A stretch of DNA of 64,000 nucleotides from an uncultured delta proteobacterium (GTDB lineage: Bacteria > Desulfobacterota > Binatia > UBA9968): the NCBI GenBank assembly GCA_963760795.1, contig CAVXEP010000001.1, positions 32,001 through 96,000 of the forward strand, given 5' to 3'. Under the pieces are notes generated by a model. The model did no database searches. It was not told the DNA's origin and saw only the letters and a list, made by a program, of their open reading frames with translations. Shown in pieces: positions 30,479 through 40,460 of this stretch (the stretch's first letter is position 1; each line of letters opens with the position of its first letter). Both the position numbers and the translations under genes were made by a program.

Positions 30479-31345
30479 ATGATCTACTTGCTCCTCGCCA
30501 TCCTCGGCTCCGGCGTCATCCCGGTGATCTTTCGCGCTTTCGCAGGTTGGCGCGTCAATTTATTCTGGGCGATCCCGATCAATTATGTGACCTGTGTGGT
30601 GATCGGCAGTTTGTTGGCCGGGGCTGGCCTCGACCTTCGGAACCTAGTCGGCCAACCCTGGATCTGGCTCGCTGGAGTACAGGGCTTCTTGCTCGCGGTG
30701 AACTTCTTCCTGCTCGCCCACACGGCGCAGCGCGCCGGTGTCGCTATCGCCGCCCTGGCGAGCCGCTTGTCGGTGGCGATCCCGTCGGTGCTGGCGTTCA
30801 TCCTTTATGGCGATTCGCTGACACCGGTAAAGATTGCCGGATTGACGGCGGCGCTGGTGGCGCTTTTCCTCTGCACCGCGCCGGACAGAAATAGCGGCAA
30901 GCTCAGTTCCAAGCTGTTTCATCTATTACCGCTGCTCGTTTTTGCCACCTTCGGTTGCTACTTCACGATTCTAAAATACTTGCAGACCCACTATCTCGAT
31001 GGTTCGAATTATCATTCCTACGTGATGTCGGGATTTCTGTTCGCTTTGCTATCGAGCCTCGCCATCGGCTTCGCTAAAGGCGTCATAGTCGCAGCGGAAT
31101 TCCGCGCTCTTCATGTTGTCGCCGGACTTGGGCTCGGACTGGTCAATTACCTGGCGGTCTACTCGCTGCTGCGGGTGCTTGCGCTGAAGGGCTGGGAAAG
31201 CTCGCAGCTCTATCCGATCTACAGTGTCGGCGTCGTCGCGGTGAGCACTGTGCTGGCGTTTTTCTGTTTTCGCGAGCGCCTGTCGCGGCAGAAAATACTC
31301 GGGCTGGCGGTCGGGTTGGTGGCGGTGGCGCTGTTGAATCGGTGA
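30479..31345 (+). CDS. EamA/DMT-family transporter
   Basis: About 10 hydrophobic segments, two-repeat organisation, FRERLS..KILG. Confidence 0.8.
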   Translation: MIYLLLAILGSGVIPVIFRAFAGWRVNLFWAIPINYVTCVVIGSLLAGAGLDLRNLVGQPWIWLAGVQGFLLAVNFFLLAHTAQRAGVAIAALASRLSVAIPSVLAFILYGDSLTPVKIAGLTAALVALFLCTAPDRNSGKLSSKLFHLLPLLVFATFGCYFTILKYLQTHYLDGSNYHSYVMSGFLFALLSSLAIGFAKGVIVAAEFRALHVVAGLGLGLVNYLAVYSLLRVLALKGWESSQLYPIYSVGVVAVSTVLAFFCFRERLSRQKILGLAVGLVAVALLNR

Positions 31346-31506
31346 GACCCAACAGCGCCACCAGTTGCAACGAGTCGAGATTGGAACTGCGCCTACCGTC
31401 TTGGGCGATAGGTCGCTTCAACACAGGCTCTATCAGCCGTTTAACTCATCGTTCGGCTGGAAGCCGCCGCACCTAACTTTCGAGGACCAGGCCGCGCCAG
31501 TACAAT

Positions 31507-32369
31507 TTATTTATCGCTCACGTCAATGAAATTTCCATCCGGGTCGGACAACTGGTGCCGCCGTAACGGCAGGCTTGGAGCAATCGCAACACGACATTGT
31601 GTTCACCGGTGGCATTGGGAGCCTTCGGCGCCATCCATCGGGTCCACGGTGGTCAAGATCTCAAAATCTTTTTAAACGTCTCGACACTTTCGACTTTGAA
31701 CCCGACATGGTCGAGTCCCGGACCCCGGTGTTCGGCATCGTGATAGTCTTCGATCTTCCACGGCGTCAGGACCAAAGTGACCTTGCCGTCGGTCAAATAA
31801 AATTGGGATCTTCCAGGGCTTCCTTTTTGAACTCGAATACGTCGACGTAAAAGCGCGCTAACGCGGGCGGATAGCGCGTATGGTCAGGTGCTTGACGTAG
31901 CGATTTTGCTCCCGTTCGGACTCGGCCCATACGCCTCGAACATTATTCAATCCCGGCTGGCTCAGGTCGAAGATGGCCCTCCGGATCATGAGAGCTGAAA
32001 GATGCAAAGGGCCGGTTGGATGGTCGTTTGACAAAGCCGACGGCAGGATAATGTTTTTTTAGCGGCTGAACACGAGATCCATGTCGTCCACCTCGATGCC
32101 AAAGTGATCGATGCCGGCGGGGTATCCCGGCCGCGGCGCAAAAACGCGACACCGACGTTGCCATCGCCGGCGATGACCGTTGCGTCGTAGGGCTTGGCGA
32201 CTCGTTTGGTCGATAACAGCGGATTGCCGAAACGCTTGGCGAACTCTTCCTCCGATGCCGGCGAGGTATCTGCTCTTGCCCGAGTCAGTCCAAACAGGCA
32301 CTCATAAAACCGGCAGAGCCGGGGCGCGTTGTGGCTCATGAACGCCACATGTTTGATCAATGCTTTCAT
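31507..32369 (-). pseudogene. Degraded two-domain VOC/glyoxalase-family gene
   Basis: IKHVAF..FY..LFGL, GIDHFGIEVDD, HDPEG, DPDGNFIDVSDK* spread over several frames with many indels. Confidence 0.65.
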
Positions 32370-32452
32370 TTGAAAGCTCCTTTCCGTTGGTTGTTTTCAA
32401 TCCGCCGGCGAATTCCGCCGGCACCGCTTAAAATTACAGAACGATAAGCAGT

Positions 32453-33481
32453 CTATTTCCGGCTATATTCTTTTTGCAACCGGTTAAAGAATCCTTCTCG
32501 TTCCAGTTCGTCGATCAGGCTTTCGTCGATCAGCCGGTTCAAATTGACTTCCTCTTTCGGGCGCCCCATCTGCTGCAGAACGATGTCGACAACGCCGCGG
32601 AAGCCCTTGCGGCCGACCCTGGGCGGCATGGAAAAAACCTTGTGGTAAAGCTCATAGGTTTCTTCCGCGACCTTTCGATCCACTTTTAAGTGGCTGCTAA
32701 TGACCGGCAGGATTTTTTCCCGCTGGGTGCTGACCTGGTAGATAGATTCGCTCAGCGCCTGCAGGAAACGCTTGACCGTGTCTCGTTCCTTTTCAAGAAA
32801 CGACCGGCGCACCACGATCAGTCTGTCGGGGAATTCCGGCACGATCTCGGCCAAGTCGCCTAAAATAGTCAGACCTTTCTGGGCTGCAAGAAGCGCATGG
32901 TCGTAAGAAATGACGGTGGCATCCATGCCCCGTGCCTCCACCATGGTTGTCAGTCGCGACGCGCTGCCGCCGGCAGGAATGATATTGACCGCTTCGCGTG
33001 GAATGCCCCATTCTCGAAGCGCGAGCAGAACGCCGAATTCGTTCGATCCGCCGAAATTGGCGATACCGATCTTCTTGCCGCGAAGATCCTCTGGCTTAGT
33101 GATGGTTTTTTGCGCGATGAACTTAAGCAAATTTTTGTTCAAGAAACCGGCGACGATGACTGCGTCTCCTCCCGCGAGGGCGGTCCTGATGGGAAGCATG
33201 GCCGCCATATTCGCAGAATGAGTGCTGCCGCCAATCAGCGCTTGCATGCCGCGGGCGCCGCCGAGGATCAGCACGCCTTCGACATCCAACTGATATTTGC
33301 GGAATGTTCCCAGATCCCGACCGGCCCACAGAGGAATCTGTGGGCCGCCGACACCGGCGCTGCTATGAAGGTGTCGTTGTTGTGCGCCAAGAGAAAAAAG
33401 CGGCAGAACAACAAACCAAAGAACAAATAAGGCTGTGGTTAGGGGTCGCATCCGATCTGTTAATTTCGCCCTGATCGGCAT
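32453..33481 (-). CDS. SsuA/NMT1-type substrate-binding protein
   Basis: DLRGKKIGIANFGG, ELEREGFF. Confidence 0.85.
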   Translation of the reverse strand: MPIRAKLTDRMRPLTTALFVLWFVVLPLFSLGAQQRHLHSSAGVGGPQIPLWAGRDLGTFRKYQLDVEGVLILGGARGMQALIGGSTHSANMAAMLPIRTALAGGDAVIVAGFLNKNLLKFIAQKTITKPEDLRGKKIGIANFGGSNEFGVLLALREWGIPREAVNIIPAGGSASRLTTMVEARGMDATVISYDHALLAAQKGLTILGDLAEIVPEFPDRLIVVRRSFLEKERDTVKRFLQALSESIYQVSTQREKILPVISSHLKVDRKVAEETYELYHKVFSMPPRVGRKGFRGVVDIVLQQMGRPKEEVNLNRLIDESLIDELEREGFFNRLQKEYSRK

Positions 33482-33493
33482 GGCCGATTGAAC

Positions 33494-34486
33494 CTATTTC
33501 AATGTCTCACCGACCTTGCGGGCAATGCTAAAGTCGAACACTTGCGCCGGCAGCACCGGTTGCTTGGGCTTAATTTGCGCCGCCGCATCGGCAATCATTT
33601 GGCGTTGAATCTCTTCGCCGACGATGCCGTTTTCCAAGAGCGCCGGAGCGGCGATGTCATAGGTGCGCGCCGCGATCTTTTCAGGGTCCTTGCCAATGTC
33701 CAACCACGGACCTTTGAGGAATTCGATGCCATACTTCCGATCGGATTTGAAGAGCCGAGTCGCTCGCAACATGGCGCGCACGACTTTGGTCACCAACTCG
33801 GGTTGCTCCGTGAGCATGGCTGTGGTGGTCGCAAGACCGCCTTGCACCGTTTGATAAACGTCGCCGGCGGCGACCAGCTTGCGGAAGCCTTCGTCCTGGG
33901 CGGTAAAGGTTAACGGCATTTGCAGCGGCGCGGCATCAATGACTTTGGCTTTTAGCGACAAATAAGTAACGTGGCTGGGACCCGTTGCCAGGATGGCAAC
34001 CTCCTCCGGGCGGACGTTATTCGCCATAAGAATCCGGCGCGTGAGGATTTCCGCCAGAGAACCGACGCCGCCGGTGCCGATTTTTTTGCCGCGCAGTTGT
34101 TGCACGCTGGTAATATTGGGCTGGACGATAAGATCGAATGACGGCCGGTCGGTTACGGCCAATATCACTTTGATGTCGGCGCCTCTCACAGCGGCGCTGA
34201 CCGCCGATCCGGTTGCCGAGGCGAATTGCGTGCTATTCCCCAACGTTGCTTGAATGGTTTGGATCGCCTGCATGACGATCAGCTCAACATCCAAACCTTC
34301 TTCGCGGAAGAAGCCGCGTTCCTTGGCGACGAAGAAAGGCATGGAAGTCGTGCTTCGCGCGGCCAAGCCCATGCGGATGCGGGTAAGCTTCTCGGTGCCA
34401 TCGGCTGAATGAGCCACGCTGGCCATAGAGCAGAGGAATGTAAGGGAGACTAGAGAAAGAGTGACGAATCGTCTTAGCGTCGTCAT
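33494..34486 (-). CDS. SsuA/NMT1-type substrate-binding protein
   Basis: GFFREEGLDVE, LRGKKIG, VFDFS. Confidence 0.88.
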   Translation of the reverse strand: MTTLRRFVTLSLVSLTFLCSMASVAHSADGTEKLTRIRMGLAARSTTSMPFFVAKERGFFREEGLDVELIVMQAIQTIQATLGNSTQFASATGSAVSAAVRGADIKVILAVTDRPSFDLIVQPNITSVQQLRGKKIGTGGVGSLAEILTRRILMANNVRPEEVAILATGPSHVTYLSLKAKVIDAAPLQMPLTFTAQDEGFRKLVAAGDVYQTVQGGLATTTAMLTEQPELVTKVVRAMLRATRLFKSDRKYGIEFLKGPWLDIGKDPEKIAARTYDIAAPALLENGIVGEEIQRQMIADAAAQIKPKQPVLPAQVFDFSIARKVGETLK

Positions 34487-34615
34487 CGCGTTCTTCTTTC
34501 GCTTACGTCGATCCCTTCAGCCCAATGGCTTCCGATCGACGAATCGGCAAATTCCGCGCTCTGCCAATGGCCGGGTTGCCCCGGCGCACTTCTCAGATGA
34601 CGCTTGGCAATGCGA

Positions 34616-35233
34616 CTAGCCATCCGAGCTATGCGCCGCCGGTTCCTTCAAGACATGCTCGATCAGCCGCTGCAATTCCTCATAGGGCTGGGCGCCGACC
34701 ATTAGATATTTGCCGGCCAGAAACGTCGGCACGCCGTTGACGCCGAAGGCGGCGCAGCGTTTCCAGTCCGCATCGACGGCGTCTTTGTATTTGCGGCTGA
34801 GCAAGACGTCGGTGGCTTCGTCTTTCGGCAAGTCGTTCTGCTCGGCGATTTGCGCCAGCACGTCGACCTTGCCGATGTTTTTCACGTCGACGAAGTAGGC
34901 GCGGAACAGCGCGTTGACGACTTCCTCGGCTTTGCCTTTGGTTGCCGCCCAGGTGGCGAGTTCTTGAGCGAGGCGGCTGTTGAAGGACATGTTGCGTTCG
35001 GCGTTGAACGGCAAGCCTTCGCGCTCCATGTTTACTTTCATCCGGCCGTTGCGCGCGATGATCTCGGGGCCGCGCACGCTGCCTTCTTCCGGCGTCTCAG
35101 GGTGAAGCGGAAAGTTGGTGAATTTGATGCCTAGACCGTATTCGTTCTTGAGTTTCTCGACACGCCCGGTGACGAGGTAGCACCAGGGTCAAACGAAGTC
35201 GGAAAAGATTTCTAATACTAATGGTTCAGCCAT
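34616..35233 (-). CDS. FrnE/DsbA-family thioredoxin-fold protein, probable selenoprotein (UxxC)
   Basis: RBS GGAGG, ATG 35233; MAEPLVLEIFSDFV-UGA-PWCYL...FPLHPETP stays in frame into ORF 34616-35077 (GVNGVPTF, GAQP). Confidence 0.85.
35156..35176 (-). promoter_or_regulatory. Putative bacterial SECIS hairpin
   Basis: mRNA CUCGUCAC-CGGGC-GUGUCGAG starting 13 nt after the UGA (35191-35189); G-rich loop. Confidence 0.6.
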
Positions 35234-35251
35234 AATTACCTCCGTTAAAAT

Positions 35252-35284
35252 CGTTCAAAAGTTCAAGGTTCAAGGGTTCAAGCG
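35252..35284. repeat. Family A half element
   Basis: CGTTCAAAAGTTCAAGGTTCAAGGGTTCAAGCG. Confidence 0.7.
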
Positions 35285-35335
35285 GATTCTATGGTTGTTG
35301 ATTGGCGGAAGTCAAAGACTTTCTCGCCGGTTAAT

Positions 35336-35365
35336 TTGACATTGTTGCGCTGGCTCGGATAGTTT
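35336..35365 (+). promoter_or_regulatory. Candidate sigma70 promoter of pca operon (leaderless geometry)
   Basis: TTGACA-N18-TAGTTT, ATG 7 nt later, no SD. Confidence 0.45.
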
Positions 35366-35372
35366 CAAAGCG

Positions 35373-36167
35373 ATGCCATTCTTGCAAATCGCTGACTCTG
35401 TTCATCACTATCAAGCCCACGGGCCGAAAGAGCAGCCCGCGGTGGTTTTCTCCAACTCGCTCGGCAGCGACCTGCGCATCTGGGACGGCGTGGCGGCGCG
35501 CTTGTTGCCGCATTGCCACGTGGTTCGTTACGACTTGCGCGGCCATGGCTTGTCGGAAGCTCCTACGCCACCGTATTCGGCAGTGGATTTGGCGGGCGAC
35601 GTAGTCGCATTGCTCGATGGGTTGGAAATTCGTGACGCAGTGGTGTGCGGCGTGTCGGTTGGCGGTGTGATCGCTCAGGCGGTGGCGCTAAATCATCCCG
35701 AGCGCGTGCGCGCGCTGGTGCTATCCGATACCGGTGCGCGCATTGGCAGCGCAGAGGCTTGGCAGCAGCGTATCGACAAGGTGCGCGCCGATGGCGTCGA
35801 CTCTTTAGTGCAGATGACCATGGATCGTTGGTTTTCCGCCGGCTTCCGCGAAAAATGGCCGGCCGATATTCGCGGCTATTCTCTAATGTTGCGGCAATCT
35901 TCGGCGGACGGCTACATAGGAACTTGCGCTGCGCTGCGGGATGCGGATTTTCGCTCGACGGTGGTGCAGATCAAGCAGCCGACTCTGGTTCTCTGCGGCG
36001 CCGAAGATATTGCCACGCCGCCGGAACTTGGCCGAGAGTTGGCGAGTCTGATCCCAGGAGCGCAGTTTTCTCTGATTGAAAAGGCGGCTCATCTGCCCTG
36101 CGTCGAACAGCCGGATGCGGTTGCCGAGCGCATCATGCAATTTCTTCAGGAGGTGGACATTGTCTGA
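35373..36167 (+). CDS. pcaD: 3-oxoadipate enol-lactonase
   Basis: FSNSLGSDLRIWD, RYDLRGHG, GVSVGG, GY..TCAALRDAD; operon context. Confidence 0.9.
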   Translation: MPFLQIADSVHHYQAHGPKEQPAVVFSNSLGSDLRIWDGVAARLLPHCHVVRYDLRGHGLSEAPTPPYSAVDLAGDVVALLDGLEIRDAVVCGVSVGGVIAQAVALNHPERVRALVLSDTGARIGSAEAWQQRIDKVRADGVDSLVQMTMDRWFSAGFREKWPADIRGYSLMLRQSSADGYIGTCAALRDADFRSTVVQIKQPTLVLCGAEDIATPPELGRELASLIPGAQFSLIEKAAHLPCVEQPDAVAERIMQFLQEVDIV

Positions 36168-36546
36168 CGAGCTATTCGACAAAGGTATGGCCGTGCGCAA
36201 AGCGGTGTTGGGTGAAGAATACGTCGCGCGCGCGGAGGCGAATAAGACCGACTTCGACGCCGATTGGCAACGCTACGTCACCGAACATGCTTGGGCCGCG
36301 GTATGGACCCGGCCGGGGCTGGAAAAGCGCACGCGCAGCATGCTGACCATTGCCATGCTGGCTTCGTTGGGCAGGCTCGACGAATTGGGCGCGCATATCC
36401 GGGCGACGCGCAACACCGGCGTGACCAAAGAGGAAGTCAAAGAAGTATTGCTGCAAGTCGCCGTCTACGCCGGCGCCCCGGCGGCGAATTCGGCGTTTGC
36501 CATCGCCAAGCGTGTCTACAAAGAAATGGAAATGGAAGGGAAATAA
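36160..36546 (+). CDS. pcaC: 4-carboxymuconolactone decarboxylase
   Basis: GMAVRKAVLG, AW..VWTRPGL..RTRS, LQVAVYAG.PAAN; TTG start. Confidence 0.92.
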   Translation: MSDELFDKGMAVRKAVLGEEYVARAEANKTDFDADWQRYVTEHAWAAVWTRPGLEKRTRSMLTIAMLASLGRLDELGAHIRATRNTGVTKEEVKEVLLQVAVYAGAPAANSAFAIAKRVYKEMEMEGK

Positions 36547-36551
36547 GACTA

Positions 36552-36635
36552 TTCACCACGAAGGCCGCGAAGACCACGAAATTCGGAGAAATTATTATCC
36601 GAAACCTTCGTGTCCTTTGTGATCTTCGTGGTGAA
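36552..36635. repeat. Family B element inside pca operon
   Basis: TTCACCACGAAGGCCGCGAAGACCACGAA...TTCGTGTCCTTTGTGATCTTCGTGGTGAA. Confidence 0.85.
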
Positions 36636-36661
36636 ATCATTTGTGATCGAGGCAGGCTGTT

Positions 36662-37379
36662 ATGATGAACATCAAACCCTACAATCCACGCGACTGGCGC
36701 TCCCATCCGCCTTACAGTTTCAAAGACTATGGTTCGTCGGTTAAACGCGGGCCGCTCAAGAAGTTGGTGCCGCTCAAGCAAACCCTCTCGGAGATTACCG
36801 GGCCGTTGTTCGGTGACATTAAATTGGCGCCGGGCGAGAACGATCTTACGCGCAACGCCGACACCGGCAAAGAAGCGATGGGCGAACGCATCATCGTCGT
36901 CGGCCGGGTGTTGGACGAAGATGACAAGCCGGTGCCCAACACTTTGATCGAAATTTGGCAGGCCAACGCCGCTGGGCGCTATCAACATCCGGTGGATCAA
37001 CACAACGCGCCGCTCGATCCGAACTTTACCGGCGGGGGGCGCTGCGTGACCAATGACAAGGGCGAGTATCGCTACCTGACGATCAAGCCGGGCGCCTATC
37101 CCTGGTTGAATCACAGCAACGCCTGGCGGCCGGCGCATATCCACTTGTCGTTATTCGGGCCAAGCTTCGTAACCCGGCTGGTGACGCAATTTTTCTTTCC
37201 CGGCGATCCGTTGATCCCACTCGATCCGATCTTCAATTCAGTGCCGACCAAGAGCGGCCGGGAGCGGTTGATGGCGAGCTATGCCCATGACGTCACCGAA
37301 CCTGAGTTCGCCTTGGGTTATCGTTTCGACATCGTGCTGCGCGGACGCCAGAGCTACGCCATTCGAGGGACCGCAATGA
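36662..37379 (+). CDS. pcaH: Protocatechuate 3,4-dioxygenase beta subunit (+1 insertion ~37350 creates apparent fusion)
   Basis: EITGP, EIWQANAAGRY, TIKPGAYPW.NH..AWRPAHIH. Confidence 0.92.
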
Positions 37380-37948
37380 GCAAGCAAACACCTTCGCAAA
37401 CCGTCGGTCCGTTTTACGCCATCGGCTTGACGCGCCAACCGATGAACGGGATGGCGGTCGATGGGACCCAAGGCGAGCGCATTCGCATCGAAGGGCAGGT
37501 CTTTGACGGCGACGGCGTAGCGATTCCCGATGTCATGGTGGAGCTTTGGCAAGCCAACTCCTACGGCCGCTACAATCACCCGGATGACAAGCAAGAGAAA
37601 CCGCTAGATCCGACGTTTACCGGCTGGGGCCGGTCCGGCACCGACGAAAAATGTTTTTACAGTTTTGAAACCATCAAGCCGGGACCGGTGCCGGGAAGCG
37701 ACGATACAGTCCAAGCGCCGCACGTCAACGTAGTGATTTTTGCCCGCGGCATGTTGGTGCATGCCTATACGCGCATTTACTTTAATGACGAGCCGGCTAA
37801 TGAAAATGATCCTGTGTTGAAATCGATCAAGAATAAGGCGCGGCGTCGGACGTTGATCGCGCAGCGCGGCGAGCGGGATGGTAAGGCCGTCTACCGTTTC
37901 GACATTCGGCTGCAGGGAGGCAACGAGACGGTTTTCTTCGATATGTGA
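37376..37948 (+). CDS. pcaG: Protocatechuate 3,4-dioxygenase alpha subunit
   Basis: TPSQTVGPF, QAPH, FARG, YRFDIRLQG..ETVFFD. Confidence 0.93.
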   Translation: MSKQTPSQTVGPFYAIGLTRQPMNGMAVDGTQGERIRIEGQVFDGDGVAIPDVMVELWQANSYGRYNHPDDKQEKPLDPTFTGWGRSGTDEKCFYSFETIKPGPVPGSDDTVQAPHVNVVIFARGMLVHAYTRIYFNDEPANENDPVLKSIKNKARRRTLIAQRGERDGKAVYRFDIRLQGGNETVFFDM

Positions 37949-37984
37949 GGCACGGATGTTAGCGGTTTTTGCGAGACGAATTAC

Positions 37985-38081
37985 TGTCATTTCGACCGAA
38001 GGGAGAAATCTTTGTCTAGTGCAGTCACTCGAAATCGTTGAGGCAACGGAAGATAGATTCCTCACGTTCGTTCGGAATGAC
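37985..38081. repeat. Family F REP-like doublet
   Basis: TGTCATTTCGACCGAAGGGAGAAATCT ... AGATTCCTCACGTTCGTTCGGAATGACA. Confidence 0.8.
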
Positions 38082-38128
38082 AGAACAGGACAGTCACTAG
38101 TTTTAGAAATCAGCCCGAACCCACAACC

Positions 38129-39484
38129 ATGACCACGCTGCTCGATTCCACTATTTTCGGCCCGTTGTTCGGTGACGAGGCAATTAACGGCCTCTTCAGC
38201 GATCAAGCCTATGTTCGCGCGCTAGTGGACGTGGAAATTGCCTTGGCCCGCGCCGAGGCGTTTGTCGGAGTCATTCCAGCCACAGCGGCGGAGCAGATCG
38301 CTGCGGTGACAGGCGACAAGATCGATGTTGCCGCGCTTGCCAAGGGAACCCTTCGTTCCGGCTTTCCGATCATCGCTCTGGTGCAGGAGCTGCGAAAGCA
38401 AGTGAGCGCCGACGCGGCGCCATATATTCACTGGGGTGCGACGACACAAGATATTATGGACACGGCCAGCGTGTTGCAGTTGCGCGGGGCGATTCAAATA
38501 TTCGGCAAACGAATCCGCGAGATCACCGGCCACCTGGCTGCGCTGGCCGAAAAGCATCGGTCAACTGTTCTGGCCGGGCGCACTCATAGTCAGCAGGCGT
38601 TGCCGATCACCTTTGGTCTGAAGGCGGCGGCCTGGTTGGCGCCGCTCGTGCGCCATGTTGAACGATTGGCGGAAATCCAATCGCGGTTGCTGGTGGTGCA
38701 GTTCGGCGGTGCGGCGGGAACCTTGGCGGCGCTTGGCGGTAGTGGCTTGGCGGTCATGCAAGCCCTGGCTAACGAGTTGAACCTTGGCACGCCGGCGATG
38801 CCTTGGCATACGCAGCGCGATAGCATCGTCGAGTTCGGCGGCTGGCTCAGTATGGTTAGCGGTTCGCTGGCGAAAATGGCGCAGGATGTCATCCTCATGG
38901 CGCAGACCGAAGTGGCAGAGGTCGGCGAGTCAGCGGAAGAAGGGCGCGGCGGCAGCAGCACCATGCCGCAGAAGTCCAACCCAATCACCAGCGAGTTAAT
39001 CGTCGCCGCGGCGCGCATGAATGCATCTTTGCTTTCGGCGCTGCACAACGCGCAGATTCAGGAACATGAGCGTGGCACTCATGGCTGGCAGGTGGAATGG
39101 TTGACGCTGCCGCAGATGGTCATGCTTACCGGCGGCGCACTTAGGCACGCAGCGTATTTGGCGAAAAATCTACAAGTCGATGCGCCGGCGATGCTTTCGA
39201 ATATCACGCGCGCCAACGACGTGATTCTCGCCGAAGCGGCGGTGTTCGCCTTGGCTAATGCAATGCCACGGGCGCAGGCGGAGGAATTAGTCAAGAAGGC
39301 GTGCGCTGTCGCCGTGTCGGAAAACAAATCGCTCATCGATATCGTCAAGCAGCTTGCCGGCGATTCGGCTCCATCGGTCGACTGGCAGGCGTTGGCGAAA
39401 CCGCATAACTATCTCGGCGAGACCGACAATATTATCGACCGAGTGCTGAAGGATGCAACTAGAAAAGGAGGGCGGGTTTTCTAA
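38129..39484 (+). CDS. pcaB: 3-carboxy-cis,cis-muconate cycloisomerase
   Basis: HWGATTQDIMDT, GRT..QQA.PITFG, GGSSTMPQKSNP, QEHER. Confidence 0.9.
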   Translation: MTTLLDSTIFGPLFGDEAINGLFSDQAYVRALVDVEIALARAEAFVGVIPATAAEQIAAVTGDKIDVAALAKGTLRSGFPIIALVQELRKQVSADAAPYIHWGATTQDIMDTASVLQLRGAIQIFGKRIREITGHLAALAEKHRSTVLAGRTHSQQALPITFGLKAAAWLAPLVRHVERLAEIQSRLLVVQFGGAAGTLAALGGSGLAVMQALANELNLGTPAMPWHTQRDSIVEFGGWLSMVSGSLAKMAQDVILMAQTEVAEVGESAEEGRGGSSTMPQKSNPITSELIVAAARMNASLLSALHNAQIQEHERGTHGWQVEWLTLPQMVMLTGGALRHAAYLAKNLQVDAPAMLSNITRANDVILAEAAVFALANAMPRAQAEELVKKACAVAVSENKSLIDIVKQLAGDSAPSVDWQALAKPHNYLGETDNIIDRVLKDATRKGGRVF

Positions 39485-39521
39485 CCCGCCGAAGGACGGC
39501 GGACAAGAATGTCCGCCCTCC
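39466..39521. repeat. GGAG-type REP-like doublet overlapping pcaB stop
   Basis: GGAGGGCGGGTTTTCTAACCCGCC-GAAGGAC-GGCGGACAAGAATGTCCGCCCTCC. Confidence 0.75.
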
Positions 39522-39527
39522 GACGCT

Positions 39528-40460
39528 ATGAACAAACCTCAAAAAGCCGATAAGCTCACTACCATGCGGGAAGCCATCGCTGCCTATGTCGACGACGGCT
39601 GCTCGCTGGCGATCGAAGGATTCACCGGATTCATTTCATTCGCCGCGGGCCATGAGATCATCCGCCAGAAGCGCCAGGGTCTCACTTTGATCCGCATGAC
39701 TCCAGACCTGATCTACGATCAGATGATCGCCGCCGGCACGGCGAAGAAATTAATCTTCAGCTACACGGGCAACCCCGGTGTCGGCTCGCTATACTGCGTC
39801 CGCCGCGCGGTGGAAAAATCTATTCCTGGCCCGCTGGAATGGGAGGAGTATTCGCACTACGGGTTGGTGGGACGATATGCGGCTGGGGCGTCGCGGGCGC
39901 CATTTTTTCCGCTGCGCAGTTATATCGGCTCGGAAATGCTGGAGGTCAATCCGCTGATCAAATTGATCGACGATCCCTACGGCACTGGCAAGATCGCGGT
40001 GGTGCCGCCGCTCAATCCCGACGTGGCGATTCTCCACGCTCAGCGCGCGGACCGGCGCGGCAACACGCAACTGTGGGGCCTGCTGGGCATGCAAAAAGAA
40101 GTGGCGTTTGCCGCCAAGCATGTGATCATCGTGGTGGAAGAAATCGTCGATGAATCCGTGATTCGCGCCGATCCCAACCGCACTTTGATTCCCGGCCTGA
40201 TCGTCGATGCGGTGGTGCACGAGCCCTACGGCGCTCACCCATCCTACGTCCAGGGTTATTACGACCGGGACAACGAGACTTATCTTACCTGGGACAAGCT
40301 TTCTCAGGATCACGGGGCGGTCCTGGCGTGGCTCGACGAATGGGTTTACGGCTTGGAAAATCACGCCGCGTACGTGCGGAAATTGGGTCAAGCTTATTTC
40401 GATAGGCTCAAGCCGGAGCCATTGCTGGCGCCCTCGGTCGACTACGGGAGGTATCGATGA
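39528..40460 (+). CDS. pcaI: 3-oxoadipate CoA-transferase subunit A (CatI/GctA-type)
   Basis: EGFT, AAGHEIIRQ, RMTPD..YDQ, GNPGVGS, HAQRAD..GN. Confidence 0.85.
   Translation: MNKPQKADKLTTMREAIAAYVDDGCSLAIEGFTGFISFAAGHEIIRQKRQGLTLIRMTPDLIYDQMIAAGTAKKLIFSYTGNPGVGSLYCVRRAVEKSIPGPLEWEEYSHYGLVGRYAAGASRAPFFPLRSYIGSEMLEVNPLIKLIDDPYGTGKIAVVPPLNPDVAILHAQRADRRGNTQLWGLLGMQKEVAFAAKHVIIVVEEIVDESVIRADPNRTLIPGLIVDAVVHEPYGAHPSYVQGYYDRDNETYLTWDKLSQDHGAVLAWLDEWVYGLENHAAYVRKLGQAYFDRLKPEPLLAPSVDYGRYR

Noticed and set aside
36662-37948. Apparent natural PcaH-PcaG fusion (428-aa ORF)
   Set aside because: Removing one base at CA[G|A]GCT (~37350) restores the typical PcaH end RGRQATPFEGPQ* with an ATGA overlap onto pcaG; same wobble-insertion artefact as elsewhere
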